In this document: positions 37,681-47,975 of the stretch, piece by piece
Layout: every line of letters starts with the position of its first letter
Numbering within the stretch: the first letter of the stretch is position 1
Origin: an uncultured Bacteroidales bacterium
GTDB lineage: Bacteria > Bacteroidota > Bacteroidia > Bacteroidales > PUMT01
Direction: 5' to 3'
Length of the DNA stretch: 64,000 nt
NCBI GenBank assembly: GCA_964421595.1
Contig: CAYQXY010000001.1
Location: forward strand, 70,524 to 134,523
Position numbers and translations under genes: made by a program
Notes under the pieces: generated by a model
Databases searched by the model: none
What the model was told of the DNA's origin: nothing
What the model saw: the letters and a program-made list of their open reading frames with translations, nothing else

Positions 37681-38616
37681 ATGCTTCAATCCCATACGGG
37701 TGAGCTGGCTGCTCTTCTGACAGCAATCTTCTGGACATTTACAGCACTGGCATTCGAATCGGCCGGTAAAAAAATAGGGTCAATAACTGTTAACCTGATC
37801 AGGCTGTTTATGGCCATAATGTTTCTGGGTACATTCACCCTGTTTACCAGGGGTCAGTTTTTCCCTGTCGGAGCAAGCTATCATAACTGGGTTTGGCTCT
37901 CTTTATCAGGCCTTGTAGGATTCGTACTGGGTGATCTATTTCTTTTCAGGGCTTATGTGGTAGTCGGAGCCCGAATATCAATGCTTATAATGTCACTGGC
38001 ACCCCCTATTGCTGCATTGGTTGGATGGATGCTGATGGATGAAACCCTTTCGGGGAAAAGCATGATTGGAATGGCTGTAACATTTGCCGGTATCTCAATG
38101 GTAATTCTTACACGGCAGGATATTGACCCGGAACTGTTATCAGAAGCAGGAAAAAAACGCAGAACAAACAAGCTTAGATTCACATATCCGCTGGCAGGAT
38201 TATTACTTGCCTTCGGAGGTGCTGCCGGTCAGGCTACCGGATTGGTCCTGAGCAAATATGGAATGGGCGACTATGATGCATTTGCCGCCACCCAGATAAG
38301 GGTCATCACCGGACTAGCCGGATTTGTATTCATATATACTATTATGGGAAGATGGAAAAGACTTCTTCCGGCAATCAAGAATAAACCAGCCATGAAAAGC
38401 CTGACAATAGGTGCTTTCTTTGGCCCTTTCCTGGGAGTCTCCTTTTCGCTCCTTGCAGTAAGATATACATCTTCAGGAATTGCCGCAACCATCATGAGCA
38501 TAGTCCCCGTCCTGATAATCCCCTTTTCCGTTTTAATGTTTAAGGAAAAAATAACCCCCAGGGAAATACTGGGGGCATTTGTGGCAATGGCAGGTGTTGC
38601 ATTATTTTTCCTGTAA
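37681..38616 (+). CDS. DMT-superfamily transporter (two EamA domains)
   Basis: 311 aa with 10 predicted TM helices in a duplicated EamA-like arrangement. Confidence 0.7.
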   Translation: MLQSHTGELAALLTAIFWTFTALAFESAGKKIGSITVNLIRLFMAIMFLGTFTLFTRGQFFPVGASYHNWVWLSLSGLVGFVLGDLFLFRAYVVVGARISMLIMSLAPPIAALVGWMLMDETLSGKSMIGMAVTFAGISMVILTRQDIDPELLSEAGKKRRTNKLRFTYPLAGLLLAFGGAAGQATGLVLSKYGMGDYDAFAATQIRVITGLAGFVFIYTIMGRWKRLLPAIKNKPAMKSLTIGAFFGPFLGVSFSLLAVRYTSSGIAATIMSIVPVLIIPFSVLMFKEKITPREILGAFVAMAGVALFFL

Positions 38617-38631
38617 GGACAATTTTATAAA

Positions 38632-39867
38632 TCAGCTGCTCATGCTTACAGGCGATTTCAGATCGGGCATCTGCCTGGCGAAATTCTTTCCGAAATTTTT
38701 CAGCTCTTCTGTCTTTTCAGCATGAGAATAAAATTTCCCGCCATAACCGGCATCTGAAATTTCCAGTTTAAGGTTTCTCAAATTATCTTCAATGATTTTC
38801 ACTGCTTCACCACTCCACCCGTAAGAACCAAATGAAGCGGCGAGTTTTCCTTTATCCCTGATGGGATTAATAAGGGCAAACATCTTATATACCGGGAGAA
38901 GCGTATTCTGATTGAAGGTAGGAGATCCGACCAGCAGACCGTTGCAGCGCACGATAAGCGATTCGAGTTCGCCCAGAGGCATTGTTTCAATATCTGCCAG
39001 TTCCACTGTTACATTTACATCCGATTCGCTGATGCCACTGGCAATGATCTCGGCCATCCTTTTCGTATAGCCATAAGCAGAGACATAGGTTACCAATACA
39101 TGATTTCCGGTTATGCGGGTATCATCAAGATATTCCCTGGAGAATTTCTCTGACAGATCTACATATTTCTTCCAGTTTTTCCGCAGTATAGGGCCATGGC
39201 CGGTGGCAATTACAGATATATCAAGTGGTCGTATCTTCTCTATGGCCTTAATCATAAACTTACTGTAAGGCTTGAGAATAACATCAAAATAATATTTAAA
39301 AGAATCGTCGTAATTGCCGACCAGATCATCAAACATTTCTTCAGTACAGAAATGGGCGCCAAAAGAATCGCAGGTAAAGAGCACCTTATCCTCTTCAAGC
39401 CAGGTATAAATTGAATCGGGCCAGTGAAGATTGGGTGCAGAAATAAATTTCAGTGTTTTAGTGCCAAGATCAAGAGTATCGCCGTCCTTTACTTTCAGGC
39501 TTTTGAAAGGGACAGATACGATGTCTTCAAGATATCGTATTGCATTGCCGCTACCAACGACAATGGCCCCGGGCGCCAGCTTCAGAAGATTCTGAAGGTT
39601 GCCCGAATGGTCAGGTTCAGTATGATTCAGTATAATATAATCAATATCAGCCGGGTCGGTAACACCTTTAACCTTTTCTATCCATATGTCCCAGAATGTC
39701 GCCTTTGTGGTTTCAATTATTGCTTTTTTGCCGGCATCAATAAAATATGAATTATAGGTGGTACCATATTTTGTTTCCATGACAATATCAAACGCAACTA
39801 TATCCTTGTCAAGAACACCTATCCATTTTACATCAGGGGTAACATCCAGTATCTTGTTGTCTCTCAT
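38632..39867 (-). CDS. fprA: FprA-family flavodiiron protein (O2/NO reductase)
   Basis: 411 aa. It has a metallo-beta-lactamase-like di-iron motif (NHTEPDHSG) followed by a flavodoxin-like domain (LVTYVSAYGYTKRMAE). Confidence 0.85.
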   Translation of the reverse strand: MRDNKILDVTPDVKWIGVLDKDIVAFDIVMETKYGTTYNSYFIDAGKKAIIETTKATFWDIWIEKVKGVTDPADIDYIILNHTEPDHSGNLQNLLKLAPGAIVVGSGNAIRYLEDIVSVPFKSLKVKDGDTLDLGTKTLKFISAPNLHWPDSIYTWLEEDKVLFTCDSFGAHFCTEEMFDDLVGNYDDSFKYYFDVILKPYSKFMIKAIEKIRPLDISVIATGHGPILRKNWKKYVDLSEKFSREYLDDTRITGNHVLVTYVSAYGYTKRMAEIIASGISESDVNVTVELADIETMPLGELESLIVRCNGLLVGSPTFNQNTLLPVYKMFALINPIRDKGKLAASFGSYGWSGEAVKIIEDNLRNLKLEISDAGYGGKFYSHAEKTEELKNFGKNFARQMPDLKSPVSMSS

Positions 39868-40159
39868 CCGAATATTTTTAATAGTGAAATTATTCTCTGA
39901 AATCTGCTTAAATCATTTCTGATGGCGGGAACTATGAAATCTACAATTTGCCGGTAACATTTATTATTTTCTGTTATCTTTTTAAATGGCAGATGATCAA
40001 AAAGTTCATTTATCCATCAGGTCAACGAATTTACGCTCGTAATCCCGGCTGAAAATTATACTTAATCAGGGACAATCAGATTTCTTCACAAAAATAGCAA
40101 TTACAAGGCAAAAAAAAAGCTCCCTTAACAGGGAGCCATTTAAAATTCATAAAGTATGC

Positions 40160-40624
40160 TTATTTATTCTCGGCTATCCTGCTGTCAGTTTCAGCTTTTT
40201 CTGAACAACAGGCACCTTCAGCTTTAGTTGCAACAGCTTCGGCTCCACCGGCTTCACTGCAATCAGCTGCTTTATCAGCAATACTAGCAGTTTTTACAAC
40301 ATTAGCATCGTCACAACCTGATTTTTCCAGATTTGCTGTTTTTACAACTTCAGCACCGCCAGATTCGCTGCAACCAGCTGATTTCTCAACTAAATTGGCG
40401 GTTTTGACAATGCTGGCATCATCGCAACCAGCTTTTTCAGCATTTGCTGTCCTGACTACTTCAGCACCTCCACCACACTCAACAGCTGATGTTTTTACAA
40501 CATTCTCTACGGTTGCGCAAGCTGATTTATTCTCGGCAGTTTTTGGTTTTTCTGTGTCAACAGAAAAAGCATAAAGTCCGGCAACCATAGTGACCATAGC
40601 AATAAAAGCAAAATATTTCTTCAT
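40160..40624 (-). CDS. Small secreted Cys-containing repeat protein, function unknown
   Basis: 154 aa with an N-terminal signal or anchor. An internal ~33-aa duplication reads GGAEVV[RK]TAN.EK.GCDDA..VKTA....K.A.CSE. Confidence 0.5.
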   Translation of the reverse strand: MKKYFAFIAMVTMVAGLYAFSVDTEKPKTAENKSACATVENVVKTSAVECGGGAEVVRTANAEKAGCDDASIVKTANLVEKSAGCSESGGAEVVKTANLEKSGCDDANVVKTASIADKAADCSEAGGAEAVATKAEGACCSEKAETDSRIAENK

Positions 40625-40653
40625 AATAGTAATTTTTTTAAGTTTATTTGGAT

Positions 40654-40661
40654 CAAATATA
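40654..40661 (-). promoter_or_regulatory. -7 box TATATTTG upstream of the Cys-repeat gene
   Basis: The reverse complement of caaatata matches TAnnTTTG and lies about 30 nt upstream of the ATG at 40624. Confidence 0.4.
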
Positions 40662-40716
40662 AATTAAATTCCCTGAAAAATATGTTAATCAAATGTTAAT
40701 ACATCTTAACAAGGCA

Positions 40717-41373
40717 TTAATGAAATGATCCTATAACTGAGGTTTTACCTGTTACTTTCTGACCAACAGCAACCTTAACATTAACTTCAGGCGGCAGAAA
40801 AAGGTCAACCCTTGAACCAAATTTTATAAATCCAAGCTCATCACCCTGAAGAACCTCATTCCCCTCACGGGCATAACATACAATGCGCCTTGCAACAGCG
40901 CCGGCTATTTGTCTTACAAGAACAGCCGTACCATCTTCCTTCTCTATAACAAGTGTATTGCGTTCGTTGTCAAGAGAAGATTTCGGATGCCAGGCTACCA
41001 GATACTTACCAGGGTGGTATTTATAATATTTAACATTTCCGGTAACCGGGTATGCGTTAGAGTGAACGTTTAGCGGCGACATAAATACAGAAACCTGGAG
41101 TCTTTTGTCTTTGAAATATTCAGGCTCTTCGGTTTCCTCAATGGCAACAACAACACCATCGGCTGGTGAAACTATGAGGTTCTCATCAAGGATGACCTTT
41201 CTTGATGGCATTCTGAAAAACCATAGAAAAAATAAAAAAACCGCAGCAGAAAAAACCAGAACGACAATGCTTGCTATATACCATTCAGTCAGAGTAAAAA
41301 TCAGTGAATTAACAGCTACCAAAACTACCAGTGTTATTATCAGGGTAACAAAGCCCTCTTTGTGAATTTTCAT
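40717..41373 (-). CDS. psd: Phosphatidylserine decarboxylase proenzyme
   Basis: 218 aa starting MKIHKEGF, with N-terminal TM helices and the C-terminal processing region FIKFGSRVDLFLP. Confidence 0.85.
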   Translation of the reverse strand: MKIHKEGFVTLIITLVVLVAVNSLIFTLTEWYIASIVVLVFSAAVFLFFLWFFRMPSRKVILDENLIVSPADGVVVAIEETEEPEYFKDKRLQVSVFMSPLNVHSNAYPVTGNVKYYKYHPGKYLVAWHPKSSLDNERNTLVIEKEDGTAVLVRQIAGAVARRIVCYAREGNEVLQGDELGFIKFGSRVDLFLPPEVNVKVAVGQKVTGKTSVIGSFH

Positions 41374-41457
41374 CCGAATAATTTATAAGTTCTAATCAAA
41401 ATATAAGTAAATTAAAATTGCTAATCACGTGTTCGTCACAGATGGATCACCCGTGGA
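41374..41457 (-). promoter_or_regulatory. Copy (c) of the upstream cassette, filling the whole cdsA-psd spacer
   Basis: In gene sense it reads GATCCACGGGTGATCCATCTGTGACGAACACGTGATTAGCAATTTTAATTTACTTATATTTTGATTAGAACTTATAAATTATTCGG-ATG. Confidence 0.55.
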
Positions 41458-42276
41458 TCATACAATCATACACAGGTAAACCCAAACAATTGGAATAACA
41501 AAAAGCCATGCATCGACACGATCAAGAACACCACCGTGTCCGGGAAGGAGTTTTCCTGAATCCTTAACGCCAAGCCCCCTCTTATACAAGGATTCCAAAA
41601 GATCACCGTAAATTCCAAAAACCGCAATTATAGCGGCAATAACCATCCAGCTGGAATGTCCGGGCAGAGGGAATATGCTCTTAATTAAAAAGGAAGCTGC
41701 CAATACTGTCAGACCACCTCCAATTGTTCCTTCCCAGGTCTTTTTTGGCGACACACTTTCAAAAAGCCGGTGACGGCCAAAAGGCACACCAACGAGATAG
41801 GCTGCGGTATCATTTACCATTATAAGAATAAATATTCCTGCAAGGATATTGGGATTGTATTGATCACCTGACTCCCCTCCCGAAAATATTATCATATTCA
41901 GCAGACTGAAAGGCACCGCTATATAGATAATTCCAAAAAACGTCCATACAAGGTTGTTGAAGGGGTTATCCTTTTTTCTGTAAAGTTCGGCAATCATAGC
42001 AACAGGAGGGAAAACAAACAAAACAGACAGGAACCTCAATTCCGAATAACCTGATGAATAACCGAACATAAAAAGGAAAAAGACAACAGATGCCAGCAGG
42101 CCTGTGAATTTCTGGACATGCACCCCCTTTGTTTCAGCAAGCTTATAAAATTCAAGTAGAGTAAGAATCAGCAAGACCAGGTAAAAGATCAGGAATGCTA
42201 TGCTTCCGGCAAATATTGTTCCGAATACCAGCGCCCCGAATAATGCACCGGTTATAGCACGTTGAAGCAGGTTCAT
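41458..42276 (-). CDS. cdsA: Phosphatidate cytidylyltransferase
   Basis: 272 aa with the signature SLYKRGLGVKDSGKLLPGHGGVLDRVD. Confidence 0.9.
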   Translation of the reverse strand: MNLLQRAITGALFGALVFGTIFAGSIAFLIFYLVLLILTLLEFYKLAETKGVHVQKFTGLLASVVFFLFMFGYSSGYSELRFLSVLFVFPPVAMIAELYRKKDNPFNNLVWTFFGIIYIAVPFSLLNMIIFSGGESGDQYNPNILAGIFILIMVNDTAAYLVGVPFGRHRLFESVSPKKTWEGTIGGGLTVLAASFLIKSIFPLPGHSSWMVIAAIIAVFGIYGDLLESLYKRGLGVKDSGKLLPGHGGVLDRVDAWLFVIPIVWVYLCMIV

Positions 42277-42320
42277 CAGTAAAAATTAGGCATAAAATTG
42301 TAGCAAAAATTTATACATCT

Positions 42321-42388
42321 ATCCGAATAAAGTGATCAAATTATTATTATAAGTAAACCTTCGTCGCCATGGATGGATCAGCCATGCT
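42321..42388 (-). promoter_or_regulatory. Copy (d), a shortened upstream cassette 45 nt ahead of the cdsA ATG
   Basis: In gene sense it reads GCATGGCTGATCCATCCATGGCGACGAAGGTTTACTTATAATAATAATTTGATCACTTTATTCGGAT. Confidence 0.5.
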
Positions 42389-42467
42389 TTATTCACTTCT
42401 TATCGTGTGTATTGTTTAGAGGGTAAATCAATTAATGAATAGTTTTAATTTCAGCCCGGCAGAATAT

Positions 42468-42674
42468 TCAGAGCTCAAACTCCTTAAGTAATTGCTCAGC
42501 CTTTTCCTGATCATCTTCCTTTACCATTAAATCAATATGACCGATTGAAGGATAAGCAGAATCTACCTTGTTCATGATAATTGCCTCAATGTCATTATCA
42601 TTAAGCATTTGTCTGGCCATTTCCGCAAGATGCACCTCATTAACTGTAAACACCACTTTCCAGTTTTTATCCAT
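42468..42674 (-). CDS. DUF2007-like small protein (putative signal-transducing fold)
   Basis: 68 aa from the internal ATG: MDKNWKVVFTVNEVHLAEMARQMLNDNDIEAIIMNKVDSAY.... The longer 133-aa ORF in the track overlaps the ftsH 3' end and is not credible. Confidence 0.6.
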   Translation of the reverse strand: MDKNWKVVFTVNEVHLAEMARQMLNDNDIEAIIMNKVDSAYPSIGHIDLMVKEDDQEKAEQLLKEFEL

Positions 42675-42693
42675 AAATTCAATCTCTAAACTG

Positions 42694-44808
42694 TTATTCA
42701 GAATCCTTTTCCGGGGCATTCTTATTCTCGGCATCAACCGGAACAGAATCCTTATCAATATTATTGGTACTCTCTTCTGCATTAACCGGTGCAGACTCCT
42801 CTTTATTAAACTGTTCCGGAGAAGCCTTAAGGAGAACCATATCATTCTTTTTGAACTTCCTGCTCCCAAAAACTTTTTCCAGATCTTCGCTGAATATCAC
42901 TTCCTTTTCAAGCAGCAATTCAGCAAGCCGGGTAAGTCCTTTTTTATTTTTTATCAATAGCTCCTTGGCCTGTTGGAAGGCACCGTCAACAATAGCCTTA
43001 ACCTCCTGATCGATAATCTGGGCGGTAGTCTCACTGTATGGTTTTGAAAAATTATATTCATTTTGTCCTGAAGAGTCATAAAAACTGATGTTTCCAAGTT
43101 TCTTACTCATACCAAAGTATGTAACCATTGCATAAGCCTGCTTTGTGACCCTCTCCAGGTCATTAAGCGCCCCTGTTGAAACCTTGCCGAAATTGATCTC
43201 TTCTGATGCCCGGCCGCCCAGTGCAACACACATTTCGTCGCTAAGCTGATCAGTTGTGGTTATCTGCCTTTCTTCAGGAAGGTACCAGGCCGCACCCAGC
43301 GATCTTCCTCTCGGAATAATGGTAACTTTTACGAGCGGATTGGCATGTTCAAGCAGCCAGCTTAGAGCTGCATGTCCGGCCTCATGAAATGCGATGGTCC
43401 GTTTCTCGGTCATCGTAATTATCTTGTTCTTCCGTTCCAGTCCACCGATAATCCTGTCAATAGCATCCAGAAAATCCTGTTTACCAACAGACTGTTTATC
43501 TTTTCTGGCTGCAATCAGTGCTGCCTCATTACATACATTGGCGATATCAGCTCCGGAGAAACCTGGGGTCTGACGGGCCATGAATTCTGTGTTAAGGTTC
43601 TCCTCAAGCCTTACCGGCCTCAGATGGACCTTGAATATCTGGGTTCTCTCATTTAAATCAGGCAATTCGACATGTATCTGGCGGTCGAATCTTCCGGCTC
43701 TTAGCAGGGCGCGGTCAAGAACATCGGCCCTGTTAGTTGCTGCAAGTAAAATAACACCCATATTCGGCTCAAAACCATCCATTTCGGTCAGCAGCTGGTT
43801 AAGGGTATTTTCTCTTTCATCATTTGCACCAAACCCTGGATTCTTTCCTCGTGCACGTCCGACAGCATCTATCTCATCTATGAACACAATACAGGGAGCC
43901 TTATCTTTTGCCTGTTTGAAAAGATCACGTACCCTGGAGGCTCCGACACCAACAAACATCTCAACAAAATCGGATCCTGAAATCGAAAAAAACGGCACAT
44001 TAGCTTCTCCGGCAACAGCTTTGGCAAGTAGTGTCTTCCCTGTGCCGGGAGGCCCTACCAGCAAAACTCCTTTAGGTATTTTACCACCAAGCTGTGTATA
44101 CTTCTGGGGTGTTTTGAGAAAATCTACTATCTCTTTAACCTCCATTTTAGCTTCCTCAAGTCCGGCTACATCCTTAAAGTCAATTTTGACATGAGATTCC
44201 CTGTCAAACATTTTTGCCTTTGACTTTCCAACGTTGAAAATTCCGCCGGGTCCACCGGCACCTCCGGCGCCACTCATCCTGCGGAAAATAAACAACCAGA
44301 TGGCCACAAGTATAAATATGGGAAGAACCCAGCTAAGAATATCAGAAAAGTAATCACGTTCAGTAACGTAATTTACACTTACTACATCTCTTTGCTCAAC
44401 ATCCTCCTGCGCTTCGCGCAAACGCTGCTCAAAAAGCTCAACCGAGCCGATAGTAAAAAAATAATGCGGACCAGATCTGGCTGCCGATGCGAAACCACGG
44501 TCAAATAATTCTTCATATTTTGGCAGGTGGAGCCTGTCTTGCTTTATATAAATCCTTGCTATTTCACGGTTGACAACTTCGACTTTCTCGATATCACCGT
44601 CAGTAAGCATATCTCTCTCAAATTGCTGAAAATTTATTTCCAGAGGCTTGCTTCCTGTCCCGAATATCTGGATTCCAATAAATGCAAGGGCTATAATCCC
44701 GTATATCCAATATAAATTGAATTTAGGTCGCTTGCTGTTATCATCCGTTTTCTTGTCCGGATCTTTAGGTGAATCATTATTTTGATTCTGTTCAAACATA
44801 TTCTTCAT
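42694..44808 (-). CDS. ftsH: ATP-dependent zinc metalloprotease FtsH
   Basis: 704 aa with Walker A GPPGTGKT, the SRH region, the HEAGH zinc site and a low-complexity C-terminal tail. Confidence 0.95.
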   Translation of the reverse strand: MKNMFEQNQNNDSPKDPDKKTDDNSKRPKFNLYWIYGIIALAFIGIQIFGTGSKPLEINFQQFERDMLTDGDIEKVEVVNREIARIYIKQDRLHLPKYEELFDRGFASAARSGPHYFFTIGSVELFEQRLREAQEDVEQRDVVSVNYVTERDYFSDILSWVLPIFILVAIWLFIFRRMSGAGGAGGPGGIFNVGKSKAKMFDRESHVKIDFKDVAGLEEAKMEVKEIVDFLKTPQKYTQLGGKIPKGVLLVGPPGTGKTLLAKAVAGEANVPFFSISGSDFVEMFVGVGASRVRDLFKQAKDKAPCIVFIDEIDAVGRARGKNPGFGANDERENTLNQLLTEMDGFEPNMGVILLAATNRADVLDRALLRAGRFDRQIHVELPDLNERTQIFKVHLRPVRLEENLNTEFMARQTPGFSGADIANVCNEAALIAARKDKQSVGKQDFLDAIDRIIGGLERKNKIITMTEKRTIAFHEAGHAALSWLLEHANPLVKVTIIPRGRSLGAAWYLPEERQITTTDQLSDEMCVALGGRASEEINFGKVSTGALNDLERVTKQAYAMVTYFGMSKKLGNISFYDSSGQNEYNFSKPYSETTAQIIDQEVKAIVDGAFQQAKELLIKNKKGLTRLAELLLEKEVIFSEDLEKVFGSRKFKKNDMVLLKASPEQFNKEESAPVNAEESTNNIDKDSVPVDAENKNAPEKDSE

Positions 44809-44827
44809 CAGTTTTTTCTCCTTCTTC

Positions 44828-45193
44828 CTACTCCATTGTTTCTATTTTTCCATCTGCCCATAACTCCTCAAGCCGGTAAAAATCTCTGAACTCCTTCTGA
44901 AAAACGTGAACGACTACTGTTCCATAATCCATCAGGATCCATTGTGAATTACCAAGCCCCTCCTTACCTGCAGATTTCCATCCAAGGTATTCCTTCATTT
45001 CCTTATCTACCGAGTCGGCTATAGCACTTACGTGTGTATTTGAATCGCCGTGGCAAATTACAAAATTCTGGCATATCCGATGTTCCAGACCAGTAAGATC
45101 AATATTTACAATTTCCTTCCCTTTAACTTTTCGGATCCCTTCTATAATGTTTCCCAGAATTGTCTCGGTGCTTACATCTATCTCTTTCCTCAT
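44828..45193 (-). CDS. rsfS: Ribosome silencing factor RsfS
   Basis: 121 aa. The FVICHGDSNTHVSAIADSV...WILMDYGTVVVHVF pattern matches the Iojap/RsfS family. Confidence 0.85.
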   Translation of the reverse strand: MRKEIDVSTETILGNIIEGIRKVKGKEIVNIDLTGLEHRICQNFVICHGDSNTHVSAIADSVDKEMKEYLGWKSAGKEGLGNSQWILMDYGTVVVHVFQKEFRDFYRLEELWADGKIETME

Positions 45194-45353
45194 TCAATAA
45201 TTTTAACTGCAAATGTAATCAAATTTTAAAACATACTGCCCATACAGCACCATGCAGTCAGGCAGTAATATCTAATAAAATGAATTAGTATATTTGTTCC
45301 TAAAACGTACTTTTAACAACCATATTGCCAAACTGTTCATCAACTATAAACAA

Positions 45354-46106
45354 ATGCATCAGTACTTTGTTGGAAAAAATATTCTAACCTTCAGATCACT
45401 TGACTCGACCAATGATTACAGCAGACAACTGATTGATAATAAAAATGTTGATGAAGGGACAGTAGTATGGACACGATCTCAGAAGAAAGGCAGGGGATAT
45501 GCCGGAAATGTCTGGGAAAGTAGAGACGGGGAAAACCTTACTTTCTCAATTATTCTCCGACCGGCATTTCTGGATGCTGCTGAACAGTTCATGCTTTCAA
45601 TGGTAATTTCACTTGGAATTGTTGATTATCTGGATGAAATCATTGATAATGTTTCCATTAAATGGCCAAATGATATTTATGTAGGTAATCATAAAATTGG
45701 AGGTATCCTGATTGAGAACTTCATCATAGAGAACAGAATAACAAACTCAATTATTGGTATAGGTCTAAATATCAACCAGGTGAGTTTCGGAGAGAATTTA
45801 ATTAACCCTGTCTCAATAAGGCAAATAACCTTTAAACGCTACAACCTCAGGAATTGTCTGAGTAAAGTTTGCGAAAAAATCGACTACAGGTATTGCCAGC
45901 TGAGAAAAGCTGAAAAAGAGAATCTCAGAAAACAATATACTAACCGGCTATTGAATCTTAACAGGAAATGCAATTACAGGGCAGACAATAAAATATTTAT
46001 TGGACAGATATGTGGTGTGGATGAGTTTGGCAGGCTTGTTATTGAAACAGAGAAGGATGGATCAAGAAACTTTGATTTAAAAGAGGTGGTTTTCCTTGAC
46101 TTATGA
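45354..46106 (+). CDS. birA: Biotin--[acetyl-CoA-carboxylase] ligase
   Basis: It has KKGRGYAGNVWES (GRGRxGRxW-like) and KWPNDIY. I place the start at ATG 45354 rather than at the TTG at 45294. Confidence 0.8.
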   Translation: MHQYFVGKNILTFRSLDSTNDYSRQLIDNKNVDEGTVVWTRSQKKGRGYAGNVWESRDGENLTFSIILRPAFLDAAEQFMLSMVISLGIVDYLDEIIDNVSIKWPNDIYVGNHKIGGILIENFIIENRITNSIIGIGLNINQVSFGENLINPVSIRQITFKRYNLRNCLSKVCEKIDYRYCQLRKAEKENLRKQYTNRLLNLNRKCNYRADNKIFIGQICGVDEFGRLVIETEKDGSRNFDLKEVVFLDL

Positions 46107-46225
46107 ATGACAGTTCAAACTAATCTGCATCACCGGCAACTTTCAGGCTTCACAATCTTTTGCTGACAGTCGATTAATCATAATTTAAAAACTCCTTTAC
46201 AAAGTATATATCATGACGGATGTCT

Positions 46226-46654
46226 TTAAGTCCACTGCCTCTGATTCAGATGTTCTGTAAGACGCGAAGCAACCATTTCTATTCCGTCTTCAAGCGGTTT
46301 CCGGGCCATCATTTTCATCATCACATTTAAATCAGCCTCCATAGACAGGTTCATCACTGTAAGGCCCGGATCGGCGCCGCTTAGATTTACCTGCAGACTA
46401 AATCCGAATGGCACTGAGCCTTCTGACCCGAATATTATTGTTTCGTAAGGATTCTCGGTCACAATCCGGATACCAACCTCCCCCAGACCGTCTACATGGA
46501 ACCTGGCATAATCCCGGCCTGATTCAAAATCCCTTACTTTCCCTTCCGGAACAAGGGTTGCGAAATTATTTATATCCGAAAGAAATTCAAATACCTGCTT
46601 TCGGTCAGCCAAAATAGTTTTTGTGGAACTTTCAAAGTTAGTCATACGTTTCAA
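46226..46654 (-). CDS. SRPBCC-superfamily protein (CoxG/polyketide-cyclase-like fold)
   Basis: 142 aa. The call rests on size and general sequence character only, so it is weak. Confidence 0.45.
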   Translation of the reverse strand: MKRMTNFESSTKTILADRKQVFEFLSDINNFATLVPEGKVRDFESGRDYARFHVDGLGEVGIRIVTENPYETIIFGSEGSVPFGFSLQVNLSGADPGLTVMNLSMEADLNVMMKMMARKPLEDGIEMVASRLTEHLNQRQWT

Positions 46655-46714
46655 ATGTTATCCTCAGAAAGACAAACCGGAGATGATTTTGTTGCGATTT
46701 ACATTACTTTTTTT

Positions 46715-47353
46715 CTACAGCCCCCATTTAGCGGGATCTTTGCGCCACTCCTGCAGGGTCTCAAGCTGGTCTTTTCCGATATAACCCATCTCTCCGGCAA
46801 CACTGATCAGTGTATGATAATTGGTAAGAGTATTAAGTTCGCATGAACCCGTCTTGAAATTTTCCCTTGCTATGTCAAAATCATAGGTAAAAATGGCAAG
46901 CATACCTAAAATCTCACAATCTGCGGCCCTGAGAGCTTCTGCAGCAGCAAGGGAACTTTTTCCGGTTGAGACCAGATCTTCTATTATCACAACCCTGTCT
47001 CCCCCCGATACCCGGCCTTCAATAAGGTTGGAGAGACCATGTGATTTCGGTGACGGGCGTACGTAGGCAAATGGCAACTCAAGCTGGGCAGCCACCAGTG
47101 CTCCGTGAGCAATCGCACCGGTAGCAACTCCTGCAATCAGGCTGGCAGAAGGATATAATAATTTGATAAGCTCACAAAAGGAGCCGGTAACAAGTTTACG
47201 GGTGTCAGGATAGGATAATACCAGCCTGTTATCGCAATATATCGGCGAAAGCCAGCCAGAGGCCCATAAGAATGGTTTTGCTGGTTCCAATTTAATTGCT
47301 TTAATTTGTAATAAATGTTTAGCAATTGATTTTTCAGTTTCCTTCATCTTCAT
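46715..47353 (-). CDS. pyrE: Orotate phosphoribosyltransferase
   Basis: It has the PRPP-binding motif VVIIEDLVSTGKSS and WASGWLSPIYCDNR. I place the start at ATG 47353 or 47347, not 47380. Confidence 0.85.
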   Translation of the reverse strand: MKMKETEKSIAKHLLQIKAIKLEPAKPFLWASGWLSPIYCDNRLVLSYPDTRKLVTGSFCELIKLLYPSASLIAGVATGAIAHGALVAAQLELPFAYVRPSPKSHGLSNLIEGRVSGGDRVVIIEDLVSTGKSSLAAAEALRAADCEILGMLAIFTYDFDIARENFKTGSCELNTLTNYHTLISVAGEMGYIGKDQLETLQEWRKDPAKWGL

Positions 47354-47360
47354 TGCACAA

Positions 47361-47975
47361 ATGTATAAAGTTTTTTTCAACGAACGAATTGTATTTCTGA
47401 CTCAGGATTTCTTAAGGAGTTTTCAGGAACACCAGGGCTTGTTTTACAAGTTCCGTGAAAAAAAAGAACTAAAGGAACTGTTACTGGTATTTGTTGCACT
47501 TAAAACCATTAATCAATTATTTATCTGCCACACCGACATTGAAAAACTTTTTACCGAATTCCGTTCATGTTTTCGTTACGTTGAAGCAGCCGGTGGCCTG
47601 GTAAGCAATACTTCCGGGGAAGTGCTTTTTATTAACCGTCTGGAAAAATGGGACCTGCCTAAAGGCAAAGTCGAAGCCAATGAGTCAGCTCCGGAAACAG
47701 CCCTGAGAGAAGTTGAGGAGGAGTGCGGAATAAGCGGGATGAAAATTGTGTCTGAGTTACAGTCAACATATCATACATATTTCGACAAAGCTATTCCCCA
47801 TCTGAAAAAAACCAGATGGTTTGAGATGAGCTATGAAGGAAATGTAAAACCGAAGCCCCAGACCGAAGAATTTATAACCGAAATAATATGGGCCAGGCAG
47901 ACTGAACTTAAAAGAATACAAAAGAATACCTACCCCTCTATTATCGACCTTATGAAAGAGACCGGCATTATTTAA
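47361..47975 (+). CDS. NUDIX hydrolase
   Basis: 204 aa with the Nudix box GKVEANESAPETALREVEEECGI. Confidence 0.8.
   Translation: MYKVFFNERIVFLTQDFLRSFQEHQGLFYKFREKKELKELLLVFVALKTINQLFICHTDIEKLFTEFRSCFRYVEAAGGLVSNTSGEVLFINRLEKWDLPKGKVEANESAPETALREVEEECGISGMKIVSELQSTYHTYFDKAIPHLKKTRWFEMSYEGNVKPKPQTEEFITEIIWARQTELKRIQKNTYPSIIDLMKETGII

Noticed and set aside
42468-42869. A 133-aa ORF in the track overlapping the 3' end of ftsH
   Set aside because: Its first 65 codons are an R/L/I-rich read-through of the ftsH antisense-frame region. A clean DUF2007-like protein starts at the internal ATG 42674, 20 nt after the ftsH stop, so I trimmed it.
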